Source: Candidatus Daviesbacteria bacterium (GTDB taxonomy: Bacteria > Patescibacteriota > Microgenomatia > Daviesbacterales > UBA10151). Taken from it: a stretch of DNA of 64,000 nucleotides. The notes under the pieces are model-generated. The model worked only from the letters and a program-made list of their open reading frames with translations. It was not told where the DNA came from and did no database searches. How positions within the stretch are numbered: the stretch's first letter is position 1; every line of letters begins with the position of its first letter. The stretch is taken from contig JACPKM010000001.1 in assembly GCA_016187025.1 (NCBI GenBank), positions 43,188 through 107,187 of the forward strand, read 5' to 3'. This document shows, in pieces, positions 38,676-48,044 of this stretch. Made by a program: the position numbers and the translations under genes.

Positions 38676-39269
38676 CTAAAGAATTCTCTTGGGTAGATGG
38701 TATATGTATACAGCACTAGAAAAACAGAGTATCGCCATACTAACAAATAAGGTATTGAAGCCAAATTTTGTAACAATAAATCCACCTATCACTGCTCCAA
38801 TGGCAATTGAAAAGTAGTTCATGGCCTCCCAAGCACCCCACTCTGTAGCAGTTTTTCTTCCATCTAAATGTTCAGAGTAGAGAGCATCAAAAGGAGGATT
38901 ATAAATTGCCTCGCCAAAACCTATCAGTACCTGTACAAGCAAAAGAAACCAGATCGAGCTGACTTGAGTATAAAGTAAGAAACCTATTCCCATGATTGCG
39001 TATCCTAGAACAACAATTAGTTTTTTCTGCTCTAACCTATCAGAGTATTTTCCAGATAGCAGTACTGTTATTCCTGCCACTAATGCGAATGTAGCACCAG
39101 CAAAGCTTGCATCAAGTAAATCTCCACCCACCTTCTCAATAAAAAGAGCATAAATTGGCCCCAGCATGGCTCCAGCTATAAGAATCATAGCGTTAGTAGC
39201 TAAAAGAATTCTAAGAGCCTTATTAAAAAACATCCTCTTGATGTGAAATAGGGAAGAGACCCGTTCCAT
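38676..39269 (-). CDS. half-size (6-TM) MFS-type membrane protein
   Basis: Six TM helices, GKYSDR motif A. Confidence 0.75.
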   Translation of the reverse strand: MERVSSLFHIKRMFFNKALRILLATNAMILIAGAMLGPIYALFIEKVGGDLLDASFAGATFALVAGITVLLSGKYSDRLEQKKLIVVLGYAIMGIGFLLYTQVSSIWFLLLVQVLIGFGEAIYNPPFDALYSEHLDGRKTATEWGAWEAMNYFSIAIGAVIGGFIVTKFGFNTLFVSMAILCFSSAVYIYHLPKRIL

Positions 39270-39492
39270 AAAAAATTACCTATATTAACGATATTGCATA
39301 TAATCCGCATTATCAAGCTATAGATATGCTCAAATACATCATTTATGCCGTATAAAGTTGTGTCTCACCAGCCTATCCTCTGTTTAGGATGGCTGTAGAG
39401 GCAATCTTACTGGTAAGCCGATTGATGAATAAGTATATGGTTAACTCAAGGCCTAAGCACCAAAGTGAAGTCAAAGACTTCCTACTCCGTAG

Positions 39493-39559
39493 TAAAAAAT
39501 TCTGCAATTAAATCAACGATTTAATTGGGTGTATTATGTCTTGCAGTCCCCGCAACACA
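39493..39559 (+). repeat. 67-bp direct repeat copy 1, ending in the tRNA-fMet 3' sequence
   Basis: Identical to 42058-42124; internal CAATTAAATC-AAC-GATTTAATTG hairpin; contains CCCCGCAACAC. Confidence 0.9.
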
Positions 39560-39612
39560 GCTAGATTAGGTTGTTATAATAGCCTAATCTCTTAATTAGT
39601 AAATAGGCTAAA

Positions 39613-40383
39613 TTATCCAAAAACAAATTCTTGCCCAAAATCTTTTACTAATTCCGATTTAGATTCTTCATAAATTGATTTTAACCCTCTTTCCAAGTAA
39701 ATTTGTCTTTGTGTGCGAGAATAATCATTCCAATTACCTTCAATTCTGGCAACCTCTGCTTCATATTTCTTAAGTACAGGTATTCCTCCAAGACCTAACC
39801 AACTAGCAATACCATGTTCAGCATATTTTCCATTTCCACCTAACCAACCATAAGGGGTTTTAGCAACGTCAAATCTCGCAGTAATTCTCGGTCTCACCTC
39901 TATATCTGTACCGCTACCAATTCTAATGGTGCGATTCGGGAATTTAGCAATTGCCCCGTCTGTTAAAGATGGATTTAATTCCTGTTCTACTATGCCTGCA
40001 ATTTGCATCAGATTGTCATGGCTTCCAATATAAACTGTTGCTCCAGATTCCCTATTGCCGTAAAAGTATGTTCCTACCATTGATTCAACTTTAAAATACA
40101 ATCCGTTTACATATAAAAACTGTGCAACATCTCTTTCTTTACCTTTCTCAAAGGCAATATGAATCTTCCAACCACGGGATGAGAACTGAGAGAAAGGACT
40201 TTCATCCTCCGTTGTTTGAAAGTGACCTCTAGGCCCCCATCGTTCTTGCCAGGCTTTTTCAAAGGCTTGCCTGCGATTATCTTTATCCTTATTAAAAATT
40301 GTTGATTGTAATAAAGTATCAGGAGGATTTAGACCTGCTTCATTTCTTTCTAAAGAATCATCCACATGTTGATTATATCTCAA
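39613..40383 (-). CDS. hypothetical protein with GWKIHI motif
   Basis: 256-aa ORF; GWKIHI..YFKV..TVY resembles the lanthipeptide-synthetase/phosphothreonine-lyase N-terminal fold. Confidence 0.55.
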   Translation of the reverse strand: MRYNQHVDDSLERNEAGLNPPDTLLQSTIFNKDKDNRRQAFEKAWQERWGPRGHFQTTEDESPFSQFSSRGWKIHIAFEKGKERDVAQFLYVNGLYFKVESMVGTYFYGNRESGATVYIGSHDNLMQIAGIVEQELNPSLTDGAIAKFPNRTIRIGSGTDIEVRPRITARFDVAKTPYGWLGGNGKYAEHGIASWLGLGGIPVLKKYEAEVARIEGNWNDYSRTQRQIYLERGLKSIYEESKSELVKDFGQEFVFG

Positions 40384-40448
40384 AAATTGGAATAAAAAGT
40401 TCTAACTTCATTCCAACCACTTCCTCTAAACAATGGTATAATGGCCAC

Positions 40449-40709
40449 ATGTTAAAATCTCAAAAAGTTTCGGAATATGAATTACCAATTAAAGTAGAAC
40501 CACAAAAAGAGGGCGGTTTTGTGGTTACTTCTCCAGTTTGGGCAGATTGCTACGCTCAAGGCGACAGTGTAGATGAAGCTATATTAGAAATTACTGCCGT
40601 AGCTCAATCTCTAATTGAATTATATAAAGAAGAAGGTAAACATATCCCCCTTAAGTTACAAAAAGAGGTTGACAACCTCACCTCGGTTCCAGTTATAGTA
40701 GCTACATGA
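40449..40709 (+). CDS. hicB: HicB family antitoxin
   Basis: EGGFVVTSP..CYAQGDSVDEA; likely start at 40449. Confidence 0.85.
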   Translation: MLKSQKVSEYELPIKVEPQKEGGFVVTSPVWADCYAQGDSVDEAILEITAVAQSLIELYKEEGKHIPLKLQKEVDNLTSVPVIVAT

Positions 40710-40918
40710 AACCTCTAAGCTATCGGATAGTTATCAAAAAAGCACGCAAAGCAGGTTTTGTTTTCCGTAGAAATACTGGCGGTACCCATGAAATCTGGTG
40801 GAATGAAGATAAAAAGAGAACCTGTGTGATACCTCATCATCATGAGATTAAACCAGGTACACTGAAGAGTATTATTAGGCAGATGGATGTAAGTGAGGAT
40901 AATTTTAGAAAATTATAA
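40706..40918 (+). CDS. hicA: HicA family toxin
   Basis: GF..R..GTHEIW..VIPHH.EIKPGTL.SI. Confidence 0.88.
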   Translation: MKPLSYRIVIKKARKAGFVFRRNTGGTHEIWWNEDKKRTCVIPHHHEIKPGTLKSIIRQMDVSEDNFRKL

Positions 40919-41004
40919 AATAGGTTCTAATAGCCTCCCGCCCCCGCAAAACGAAAGTTTCCTTAAATTTCTCCATTGGTGATGATTAGATTATAATAAG
41001 AGCT

Positions 41005-41925
41005 ATAATCACTTTTGCTAGTATTGAAACAGCCAGACAAATTATTAAAGACCTATATCCTGAAGCCAAAAACGTCAGGTTTATTGAACATGGTTATGAT
41101 AACTTAGTGGGACTTGTTGACAACAAATACGCATTAAAGTTTCCTAGAAATCAATATGCCTACCTTAGAGATCAGTATGAAGAGCAAGTTTTATTAGATC
41201 TAAAATCGCTTAATCAGTTATTAATTCCCAAAATATTAGGCAAAGGTAATAACCCACCTTATTTTATTGCTAGTTTTGTTCCTGGTAAGCATTTAAGTGC
41301 AGATGAAATTAGACAATTATCGACAGAACAACAAGAAGATTTAGCTGAAAAAATCGCCAGATTTGCATACGCAATGCATTCAATACTACCAGTAGATCAG
41401 GCTATAGAGCACCGTAGTAAATTAAAACTTGATTCTCTGAAAGGACAACCTTGGGTGATATATTTTGAAGAATCTTTAAAAAAAGTGGCTTTTCCTAATC
41501 CCCGGCAAGATAGGCTAGCTAAAGAATATTATAAAAGGTGGAAATCTTTACATTACGATACCCCTGAGGTAGTTGTACACGATGATATACATAATGAGAA
41601 CTTAATGTTTGAGGGGACTAATTTAATTGGTGTAGTTGATTTTGGAGACACGGATATTGGTCATCCTGAACAGGAATTTAGACAGATGTACCGAATAAAT
41701 GAGACAATTTTAAATTTAGTGATTAAAAATTATGAGCAACTTTCGAATCTCAAACTAAATAAAGAAGCCATTATACTTTTCGCTATACTCCAAGAGCTAG
41801 CAGTATACTCTGAGATGCTAACAAGTACTAAAAAAGATCGCCCCTCATTTTATAGGGCCACAAAAAACCTTCAAAAATGGTTACCCGAGGGTAATTGGGA
41901 AAATGATACTACCCCTTTTTTATAG
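41005..41925 (+). CDS. aminoglycoside phosphotransferase-family kinase
   Basis: LKFPR, HDDIHNEN, GVVDFGD; frame open upstream to about 40990 without an ATG, so start is uncertain. Confidence 0.8.
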   Translation: MITFASIETARQIIKDLYPEAKNVRFIEHGYDNLVGLVDNKYALKFPRNQYAYLRDQYEEQVLLDLKSLNQLLIPKILGKGNNPPYFIASFVPGKHLSADEIRQLSTEQQEDLAEKIARFAYAMHSILPVDQAIEHRSKLKLDSLKGQPWVIYFEESLKKVAFPNPRQDRLAKEYYKRWKSLHYDTPEVVVHDDIHNENLMFEGTNLIGVVDFGDTDIGHPEQEFRQMYRINETILNLVIKNYEQLSNLKLNKEAIILFAILQELAVYSEMLTSTKKDRPSFYRATKNLQKWLPEGNWENDTTPFL

Positions 41926-42057
41926 TGTTGAATTTGTTGACTTTTGTGCCTAAAAGTTCTTTTTTATATGTGGTGTCCGATTGTCCGAATAGCAGATTTA
42001 AAAAACAGGTTTTAAATATAGGGTAAACTGCATGATTTGTAGCTATTAGGCACTAAA

Positions 42058-42124
42058 TAAAAAATTCTGCAATTAAATCAACGATTTAATTGGGTGTATT
42101 ATGTCTTGCAGTCCCCGCAACACA
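42058..42124 (+). repeat. 67-bp direct repeat copy 2 (right boundary of the island)
   Basis: Identical to 39493-39559; abuts the stop codon of the FtsB-like gene. Confidence 0.9.
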
Positions 42125-42478
42125 CTAACGGAAAAAAACTTTCCACCAGCCTAACCAATTAGGCAGTTTTTCTTCTAGATTTTTTCTACTTTCCCCTAAA
42201 ACCTGCTGAATCTTTTCTTCCGGAATAATTACAACAGTCTCCCCCTTTTTCCCCAAACCTAGTTTATTTCTGGCTTGTTCTTCTATAAACTCAGAAGATC
42301 GGACCTGTTGTAACCTTTTTTTAAGTTCTTTGTTTTTAACTTCAAGTTTGTATAACTCTTCTGCTGCCTGACTTAACCGATCAGATGACTTGGTAGCATC
42401 AAAAAGCTGCGCAATAAGGTTTGCAATGATAATTCCGACAATTACTATAACCAGTACTAAACCTATTTTTTTTGTCAT
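42125..42478 (-). CDS. septum formation initiator (FtsB/DivIC family)
   Basis: TM segment, coiled coil, FIEEQARNKLGL.K.GE. Confidence 0.85.
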   Translation of the reverse strand: MTKKIGLVLVIVIVGIIIANLIAQLFDATKSSDRLSQAAEELYKLEVKNKELKKRLQQVRSSEFIEEQARNKLGLGKKGETVVIIPEEKIQQVLGESRKNLEEKLPNWLGWWKVFFR

Positions 42479-42532
42479 ATTTCCCGCAGGCCATACTTGA
42501 CAAAGATGGCCTATAAATTTACAATATACGCT

Positions 42533-43402
42533 ATGATCAACTTAAAAGATGCTCATCAGCAATTTATAGGCCACTTAAAAGGCAGGTCCCGTGCCACTGC
42601 TACTATCATAGCTTATAGCAAGGATATTGATCAACTGATTTCTGACCTTGAATCCTCAGGTAAGCAAAACCCACAAGATGTGAGCTTAGAAGATTTACAA
42701 ACCTTTATGGAAAAATTGTCCAAAGAAAACTACACCCCCAAATCTATTTCAAGAAAAACAAATTCTACCAAAACCTTTTTTAAGTTTTTAAAATCCTCAG
42801 CTCTCATCACAGAAGATCCGGCATCAGACTTGGAGCATCCTAAGTTTGAAAATAAACCACCAAGGATACTATCAAAGCTAGAATACCGAGCCTTAAGGGA
42901 TGCAGCCAGAGCAGATACCAGAATGTTGGCTGTTATAGAACTACTACTGCAAACCGGTATTAGAATTGGCGAGCTGGCCAAACTTCGTTTGGAGGATCTA
43001 AGCCTGGAAGATTCTTCTGCCACTTTGCATGTTCCCCCATTTGAGGGAACCAATGAAAGAACTATTCCTTTAAATAAACCTGCTGTCGAGGCTTTACAAA
43101 AATACTTGGAAGTAAGGTCTAAAACCCAATCACATTCACTCTTTGTTACCAAAACCGGCAGACCTCTACTTATAAGAAATATCAGAACTGCAATTGACAG
43201 ATATTTTAAAATTGCAGGGATCAAAGGGGCAAAGGTAAATGATTTAAGACACACTTGGGTTGCTCATCAGCTTCAATCAGGTACCTCTTTACTGGTTGTT
43301 TCCAAGCTTGCTGGACATAAAAGACTATCAACCACTGAAAGATATCTTCAATTTCTCCAAAATCATTCCGGCGAGGGAAAAGTTAAACTCGAGGAACTAT
43401 AA
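42533..43402 (+). CDS. XerC/D-like tyrosine recombinase
   Basis: SAM-like N-domain, TGIRIGE, DLRH, LAGH..TTERY; TTGACA-17-TACAAT promoter at 42497-42525. Confidence 0.88.
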   Translation: MINLKDAHQQFIGHLKGRSRATATIIAYSKDIDQLISDLESSGKQNPQDVSLEDLQTFMEKLSKENYTPKSISRKTNSTKTFFKFLKSSALITEDPASDLEHPKFENKPPRILSKLEYRALRDAARADTRMLAVIELLLQTGIRIGELAKLRLEDLSLEDSSATLHVPPFEGTNERTIPLNKPAVEALQKYLEVRSKTQSHSLFVTKTGRPLLIRNIRTAIDRYFKIAGIKGAKVNDLRHTWVAHQLQSGTSLLVVSKLAGHKRLSTTERYLQFLQNHSGEGKVKLEEL

Positions 43403-43555
43403 AAAATTAAACATCCGGTGAACCAGATGATATCTTGCACAGACTGGATGAGTTTTTCAAATTATTCCTATCTGACGGTCTAAACTCCGAATACGCCTAT
43501 TTATTTGGGCTAAAAGATGCATAATGAACAAGTTCTTGCTGTGCAATAAAGTACA

Positions 43556-44101
43556 TCAACTTCTTTTAACTTTAGCAAACTTTAGAATTTGGTCTTTCTT
43601 CAAAATCAGATAAGAGGAGCAGTTTTTCTGAAGGGCACGACTGATGAAATTTTCAAAGCCAACATAAATCACTTTCTTATTCTCATCTTTTGCTGTTTGA
43701 ATAGCTGGTAATAAATCTGTATCTGATGAGATAACAAAACATTTATCGTATTCATTTTTGATGGCTCCACGTACTTGATCTACTGCAATCTGAACGTCCA
43801 CACCTTTTTCATGAAATTTACCATCGGACATAAGAAGATAGCCAAGTTTTATTTTTATACCTTGTTTTCTTAAGTTTAAGAATAATGATTGCTGATTTGC
43901 ATAAAGAGTCTCCGACTTTTTATTTCCCGGATATTTCCTAATCTCTCCAACATAATAGATGATGTCGTTGGATGCAACTTTTGTTAGTGATTGAGCCAAC
44001 CCCACATAATCAAAGTTTGTTAAATGTACTTGAGATAAAATTTTCTTAACCTTTTTATAGAAGTTGCTACCATCAAATTGAACTAATATTTTCTTTTTCA
44101 C
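43556..44101 (-). CDS. NYN domain (PIN-like) protein
   Basis: DGSNFY, EKGVDVQIAVD, SSDTDL. Confidence 0.88.
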   Translation of the reverse strand: MKKKILVQFDGSNFYKKVKKILSQVHLTNFDYVGLAQSLTKVASNDIIYYVGEIRKYPGNKKSETLYANQQSLFLNLRKQGIKIKLGYLLMSDGKFHEKGVDVQIAVDQVRGAIKNEYDKCFVISSDTDLLPAIQTAKDENKKVIYVGFENFISRALQKNCSSYLILKKDQILKFAKVKRS

Positions 44102-44248
44102 CTCTTTATCTTAGGTTATCTGAGAATTTTAAGCAAGAAAAACCCCCGGGTCGTAAAGAACCGGGGGGAGTTAGCAAATCAAGGTATTTCCTTTTGGAAA
44201 TACAACATCATATTATCAAAAATAATGGCAAAATGCAATAACTAAATC

Positions 44249-44428
44249 GATCCTTGTGGCTCGCCTCGCTTTGCGGTCGAAGCGGGCCTAGATGAATCAT
44301 CAAATCTGATGTCAACGCGAGCTCCCTAACTGTAAGGCTTGTCCCGCCGAAGCCATCAGGCGAAGGAGGATACTTTTACCCCGTCTCGCCAAAGGCGGAC
44401 GAGGCTCGCCTCTGGCGGCACAAGGATC
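44249..44428 (-). ncRNA. candidate structured ncRNA or composite palindromic element
   Basis: GC-rich, 10-bp terminal stem GATCCTTGTG/CACAAGGATC, several internal hairpins, TGnTATAAT just upstream on the minus strand. Confidence 0.45.
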
Positions 44429-44477
44429 ATTCGGTACACTCATTATATCAAGAATTTGATATACTTTTCTTACATAA

Positions 44478-45167
44478 ATGAATAATCACCAACTGCAACA
44501 ACAAAAGGTAATAAATAAAATTGAAGAGCAAATAAAGGCTAATTCTTTGAATTTTAGTACTGTTTCGGCTGTCGAAGACTATGAAAGTGATCCTCGTATT
44601 TGTTTAACAAGCGTTCATTTACCCAATGAAGAACTTAAAGGACAAATTCGGGAATTATTAACTGAGCCACTACGTAAAATTGCACCGGATTTTTACTACT
44701 ACACCTCTGACTCCCTGCATATGACTATAAAGAATGTACGCGTCATCAATAATCCCCCTCATTTCGAGGAAGAGGATGTTAATCAAGCGAGGAAAGTATT
44801 TTCGCAGATCATTCCTCAACACAAACAATTTAATGTCTATTTTTACAGATTATTACTCTTTCCAAATAACCTTGCTTTACTTGGAACCTCTGACATGGAA
44901 CTTGATAGTATTATTCTTGATTTAGATGTAGCCCTTAATAAGGCAGGAATTCCTGATGACAAAATTTATGCAAACTCAAAATACTTTTTTAGCAACATAA
45001 CATTAGCAAGATTCAATACGCCACCTTCAAAGGAATTCAAGCAAAAAGTTAAGGAGTTATCAGACTCTATTAAGTTTAAACCTTATACGATTAATTCTGT
45101 TACTCTCTTGAGCTGTAATGCAGTTTTTAAGAATCGTAAAACAATAGAGACTTGGTACTTGAAATAG
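44478..45167 (+). CDS. 2H-phosphoesterase-like protein
   Basis: LHMT first motif, degenerate NITL second motif. Confidence 0.6.
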   Translation: MNNHQLQQQKVINKIEEQIKANSLNFSTVSAVEDYESDPRICLTSVHLPNEELKGQIRELLTEPLRKIAPDFYYYTSDSLHMTIKNVRVINNPPHFEEEDVNQARKVFSQIIPQHKQFNVYFYRLLLFPNNLALLGTSDMELDSIILDLDVALNKAGIPDDKIYANSKYFFSNITLARFNTPPSKEFKQKVKELSDSIKFKPYTINSVTLLSCNAVFKNRKTIETWYLK

Positions 45168-45273
45168 TACTCCTAACATATCACTTTCCCAAATCGTCGA
45201 AAACTTAAAGGATAATTGCAGCACCTGATTAGTTAAAACTTACTTATTTCTGATAGTTAGGTGGTGATTACAA

Positions 45274-45438
45274 ATGTTGCCTTTAGATGTAATTAAAAAA
45301 TATTATCCTGATTTGTCAGATGAAGATTTGAAGAAAATACAAGTGTTTGTTTATCGATTGGGTTGTGGGATAATGCAACATTTTTATGGACAGGATTGGG
45401 ATAAGGATATTGAGGACTTGGATTTGGAAAACGAATAA
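45274..45438 (+). CDS. small acidic hypothetical protein (54 aa)
   Basis: AGGTGG RBS; MLPLDVIKKYYPDLSDEDLKKIQ...; below the ORF-track length cutoff. Confidence 0.45.
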   Translation: MLPLDVIKKYYPDLSDEDLKKIQVFVYRLGCGIMQHFYGQDWDKDIEDLDLENE

Positions 45439-45559
45439 TGTTGTTCTGACAATCCAAACATGAGTTCGAATCTCGCTCGGTTTCTTGGCTATAGGGTTGA
45501 TTTCGAGGAGTTTTCCACAATTCCTTGAGGCTAAAAATTGTAGTTCGATAAAAATTATT

Positions 45560-45634
45560 TGGTGAGCGGACCAGGACTCGAACCTGGAACCGGATGGATA
45601 TAAGCCATCTGCTCTGCCATTGAGCTATCCGCCC
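45560..45634 (-). tRNA. tRNA-Ile with UAU anticodon, CCA encoded
   Basis: GGGCGGA/TCCGCTC-A-CCA; anticodon arm GATGG-CT-TAT-AT-CCATC; T arm CCAGG-TTCGAGT-CCTGG. Confidence 0.9.
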
Positions 45635-45654
45635 TTGGTGCGCTGCTAATTGTA

Positions 45655-48030
45655 TCAAAGGCGAGCTCTTTGAACAATCTCTGCCTCAACCTTTACAGAG
45701 TCTCTTCCAAATTTTAGCCTTGATAGCTCTTTTATAGCCTGGGCAATTTGGAGATTTTTCATTTTATTTATCTTGTCAAAATCAGGCCTGGTATTAATAG
45801 AAAAGGGTACCACTGGCTCTCCGTTGACAATAGTTTTAACATAAGTATTAAATATTTCGACATTTACCAAATCTCTTTCAGAAAAAATAGGTGAAAACTC
45901 ATGTTGCAGGTAATTGGCATCTGTTACACCCACCCTAAAAGCAATTAAAGTACCAACATTTCCAAAAACAGCATTTTTTAGCTCTTCTCCAATCTGGCCA
46001 ATAAACTGGTTTGCAACAATTAGATTAAGTCTATACTTTCTTGCCTCAGACAATATTTCTGCAAATGTTTCTGTGGCAAAGTTTTGAAACTCATCTACAT
46101 ACAGGTAAAAATCCCGTCTTTGATCCATGGGCATATTTGCCCGGGACATTGCAGCTTGTAAAATCTTTGGCACCAAAATAAGTCCTAAGAAGTTGGAGTT
46201 TTCCTCCCCCATTTTTCCTTTTGATAAATTCATAATCAAAATTTTTCCATTATCCATGACATCTCTTAAATCAAATGAGGAATAACTTTGACCAATGATA
46301 TTTCTCATCATTTTGTTGGTAACAAAGCGGCCAAATTTAGAAACTGTGTAATCCAGCACCTCTGATTTGTGAAAGTCTGAGGTTTGGGCAATTTGATCAG
46401 TCCAGTAACGCCTAACAACAGCATCCTGTACTAAAGGCAAAAGCTCGCGGACAAACTCCGGATCTGTCATGATTCTCATTACCTCAACAAATGTACTGCC
46501 AGGCTTGGACATTACTGTTAGCATGGCATTTCTTACCCCATGCTCAAACCGGGGACCAATAATTCCGGTTTTGTTAGGATCAAAAAGCTTATACATTAAC
46601 CCGATGATTGAGGCTGTGACAAAATGTTTCTCCTGTTCAGATTTTGCCTCTAACATGTTTAAGCCAAAGGGTCTTTGCAAATCTGAAGGGTCAAAATAAA
46701 TTACATCTTCTGCTCTTTCAGGCGGTATTAGCTGAAGCAGGTCCTCTGCAGCGTCACCGTGTGGGTCAATAAAACAAACTCCTTTACCGGCATATATATC
46801 TTGCAAAAGCATAGCAAGCAACAGCTGAGTTTTTCCCATACCGGTCCGTCCTACGATATACATATGCCTTCTTCTGTCTTCTTCTCCGATAAAAATTGAC
46901 CTGGTTACCCCTCTAAAGATAGATTTGCCGATAAACATACCTGAAGATGGTATTTTTTCTGGAGCCGGAGCTTTTTTTGCATCTAGCCAGCTGATGTGAG
47001 GAGTTTCTATTGACTTATTAGGCAGATGAAAAATTGTTGATAGCTCATCGGGAGTTAAAACTGAAGGTGTAGCGTATTTTGGCTGATAACGATAAATTAA
47101 ATCAGTCATAAAGCCTTTCTCAGATGAAACTTTGGCTCCGGTAAACCCGTTATATGGACCATTAAACTGCTCAAAAGCGCTTTTCATATTGTTTAAATGA
47201 GCTTTAGCACTTTCTTTGGAGGTTGATGATGTAGCCAGTCTGATGGTTGCATAAAAACCACCTCTGGAAACCTTGGTTTCCACAGCCTCAAGCTGCTTGG
47301 CATCCGGAGGAGGTTTGGGATTATCAGGCTTTCCTGGATCTTTTTCTTTCTTTAACCAGCTTTTTCCTTTATCTTTCCATTTACTATCTGCCGGAGAAAT
47401 GATTAGTTGAACTGTTGCCCCTTCACTGGGCTGCATTTTTCCCAAGGCGGAAGTTAAAGCAGAGAGCGGATCGGTTGGTAAATCACGGTAAGTTTTTATA
47501 GGAAAATAGTCAGCGTTTTTAAGCTTAAATGATGAGTAGGCTGTAAAACCGTTTTCTGTAAAAATATTATACTCTGGTACTTCTTTGATCTCTGCATCCG
47601 GATAAGCTCCATTTATTTGTTTTTCCACCAAGTCTTGTAAGGATTTATGGCAGGAAATAAAAAACCTGATAGATTCATGTAAAGCAACTATTTCAAAAGA
47701 AAGATGAGGTTGAGGTTTAAAAGCCTCAAACAAACCACCTGATTTTCTCAAAGATGCAAGTGTTGCAAACATTTGTTCAGCTGCATCGATTTTAATCTCA
47801 TTACCTCTTGGAGCTTTAATTTGTAATAAAACAAACTGAAGAGAAGCTTTTTCCCTATCTTTGTATTTTATCCAGCCAACGAAATATTTCCTCAGGTAAA
47901 GAGTAAGTCCAATCAAAGCCATTACCAAAGCAACGATCCCCAAAACCGCCATTATCAAACTTAAGAAATCAGGACCTATTGCAGCTGTAGATCCACCTAC
48001 AGGTGCAACAACTTGTGGTGCAACCTCCAT
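45655..48030 (-). CDS. membrane-anchored VirB4/TrwB-like ATPase
   Basis: RRRHMYIVGRTGMGKT, IDPHGD, LYVDEFQNF, SEARKY. Confidence 0.85.
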   Translation of the reverse strand: MEVAPQVVAPVGGSTAAIGPDFLSLIMAVLGIVALVMALIGLTLYLRKYFVGWIKYKDREKASLQFVLLQIKAPRGNEIKIDAAEQMFATLASLRKSGGLFEAFKPQPHLSFEIVALHESIRFFISCHKSLQDLVEKQINGAYPDAEIKEVPEYNIFTENGFTAYSSFKLKNADYFPIKTYRDLPTDPLSALTSALGKMQPSEGATVQLIISPADSKWKDKGKSWLKKEKDPGKPDNPKPPPDAKQLEAVETKVSRGGFYATIRLATSSTSKESAKAHLNNMKSAFEQFNGPYNGFTGAKVSSEKGFMTDLIYRYQPKYATPSVLTPDELSTIFHLPNKSIETPHISWLDAKKAPAPEKIPSSGMFIGKSIFRGVTRSIFIGEEDRRRHMYIVGRTGMGKTQLLLAMLLQDIYAGKGVCFIDPHGDAAEDLLQLIPPERAEDVIYFDPSDLQRPFGLNMLEAKSEQEKHFVTASIIGLMYKLFDPNKTGIIGPRFEHGVRNAMLTVMSKPGSTFVEVMRIMTDPEFVRELLPLVQDAVVRRYWTDQIAQTSDFHKSEVLDYTVSKFGRFVTNKMMRNIIGQSYSSFDLRDVMDNGKILIMNLSKGKMGEENSNFLGLILVPKILQAAMSRANMPMDQRRDFYLYVDEFQNFATETFAEILSEARKYRLNLIVANQFIGQIGEELKNAVFGNVGTLIAFRVGVTDANYLQHEFSPIFSERDLVNVEIFNTYVKTIVNGEPVVPFSINTRPDFDKINKMKNLQIAQAIKELSRLKFGRDSVKVEAEIVQRARL

Positions 48031-48044
48031 CTTCTACCTTTTTT

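Noticed and set aside
39493-42124. 67-bp repeats as a CRISPR array
   Set aside because: Only two copies, about 2.5 kb apart with genes between them, and no cas operon.
42533-43402. Recombinase as an integron integrase or the island's own integrase
   Set aside because: It is Xer-sized with no visible IntI-specific insertion and lies outside the repeat-bounded region beyond a core gene. A role in trans is untested.
45461-45485. GAGTTCGAATCTC as an additional tRNA
   Set aside because: Only a T-arm-like fragment with no D or anticodon arm; at most an old attachment-site remnant.
45293-45658. 121-aa minus-strand ORF
   Set aside because: It overlaps the tRNA-Ile gene; its N-terminus is a translation of the tRNA.
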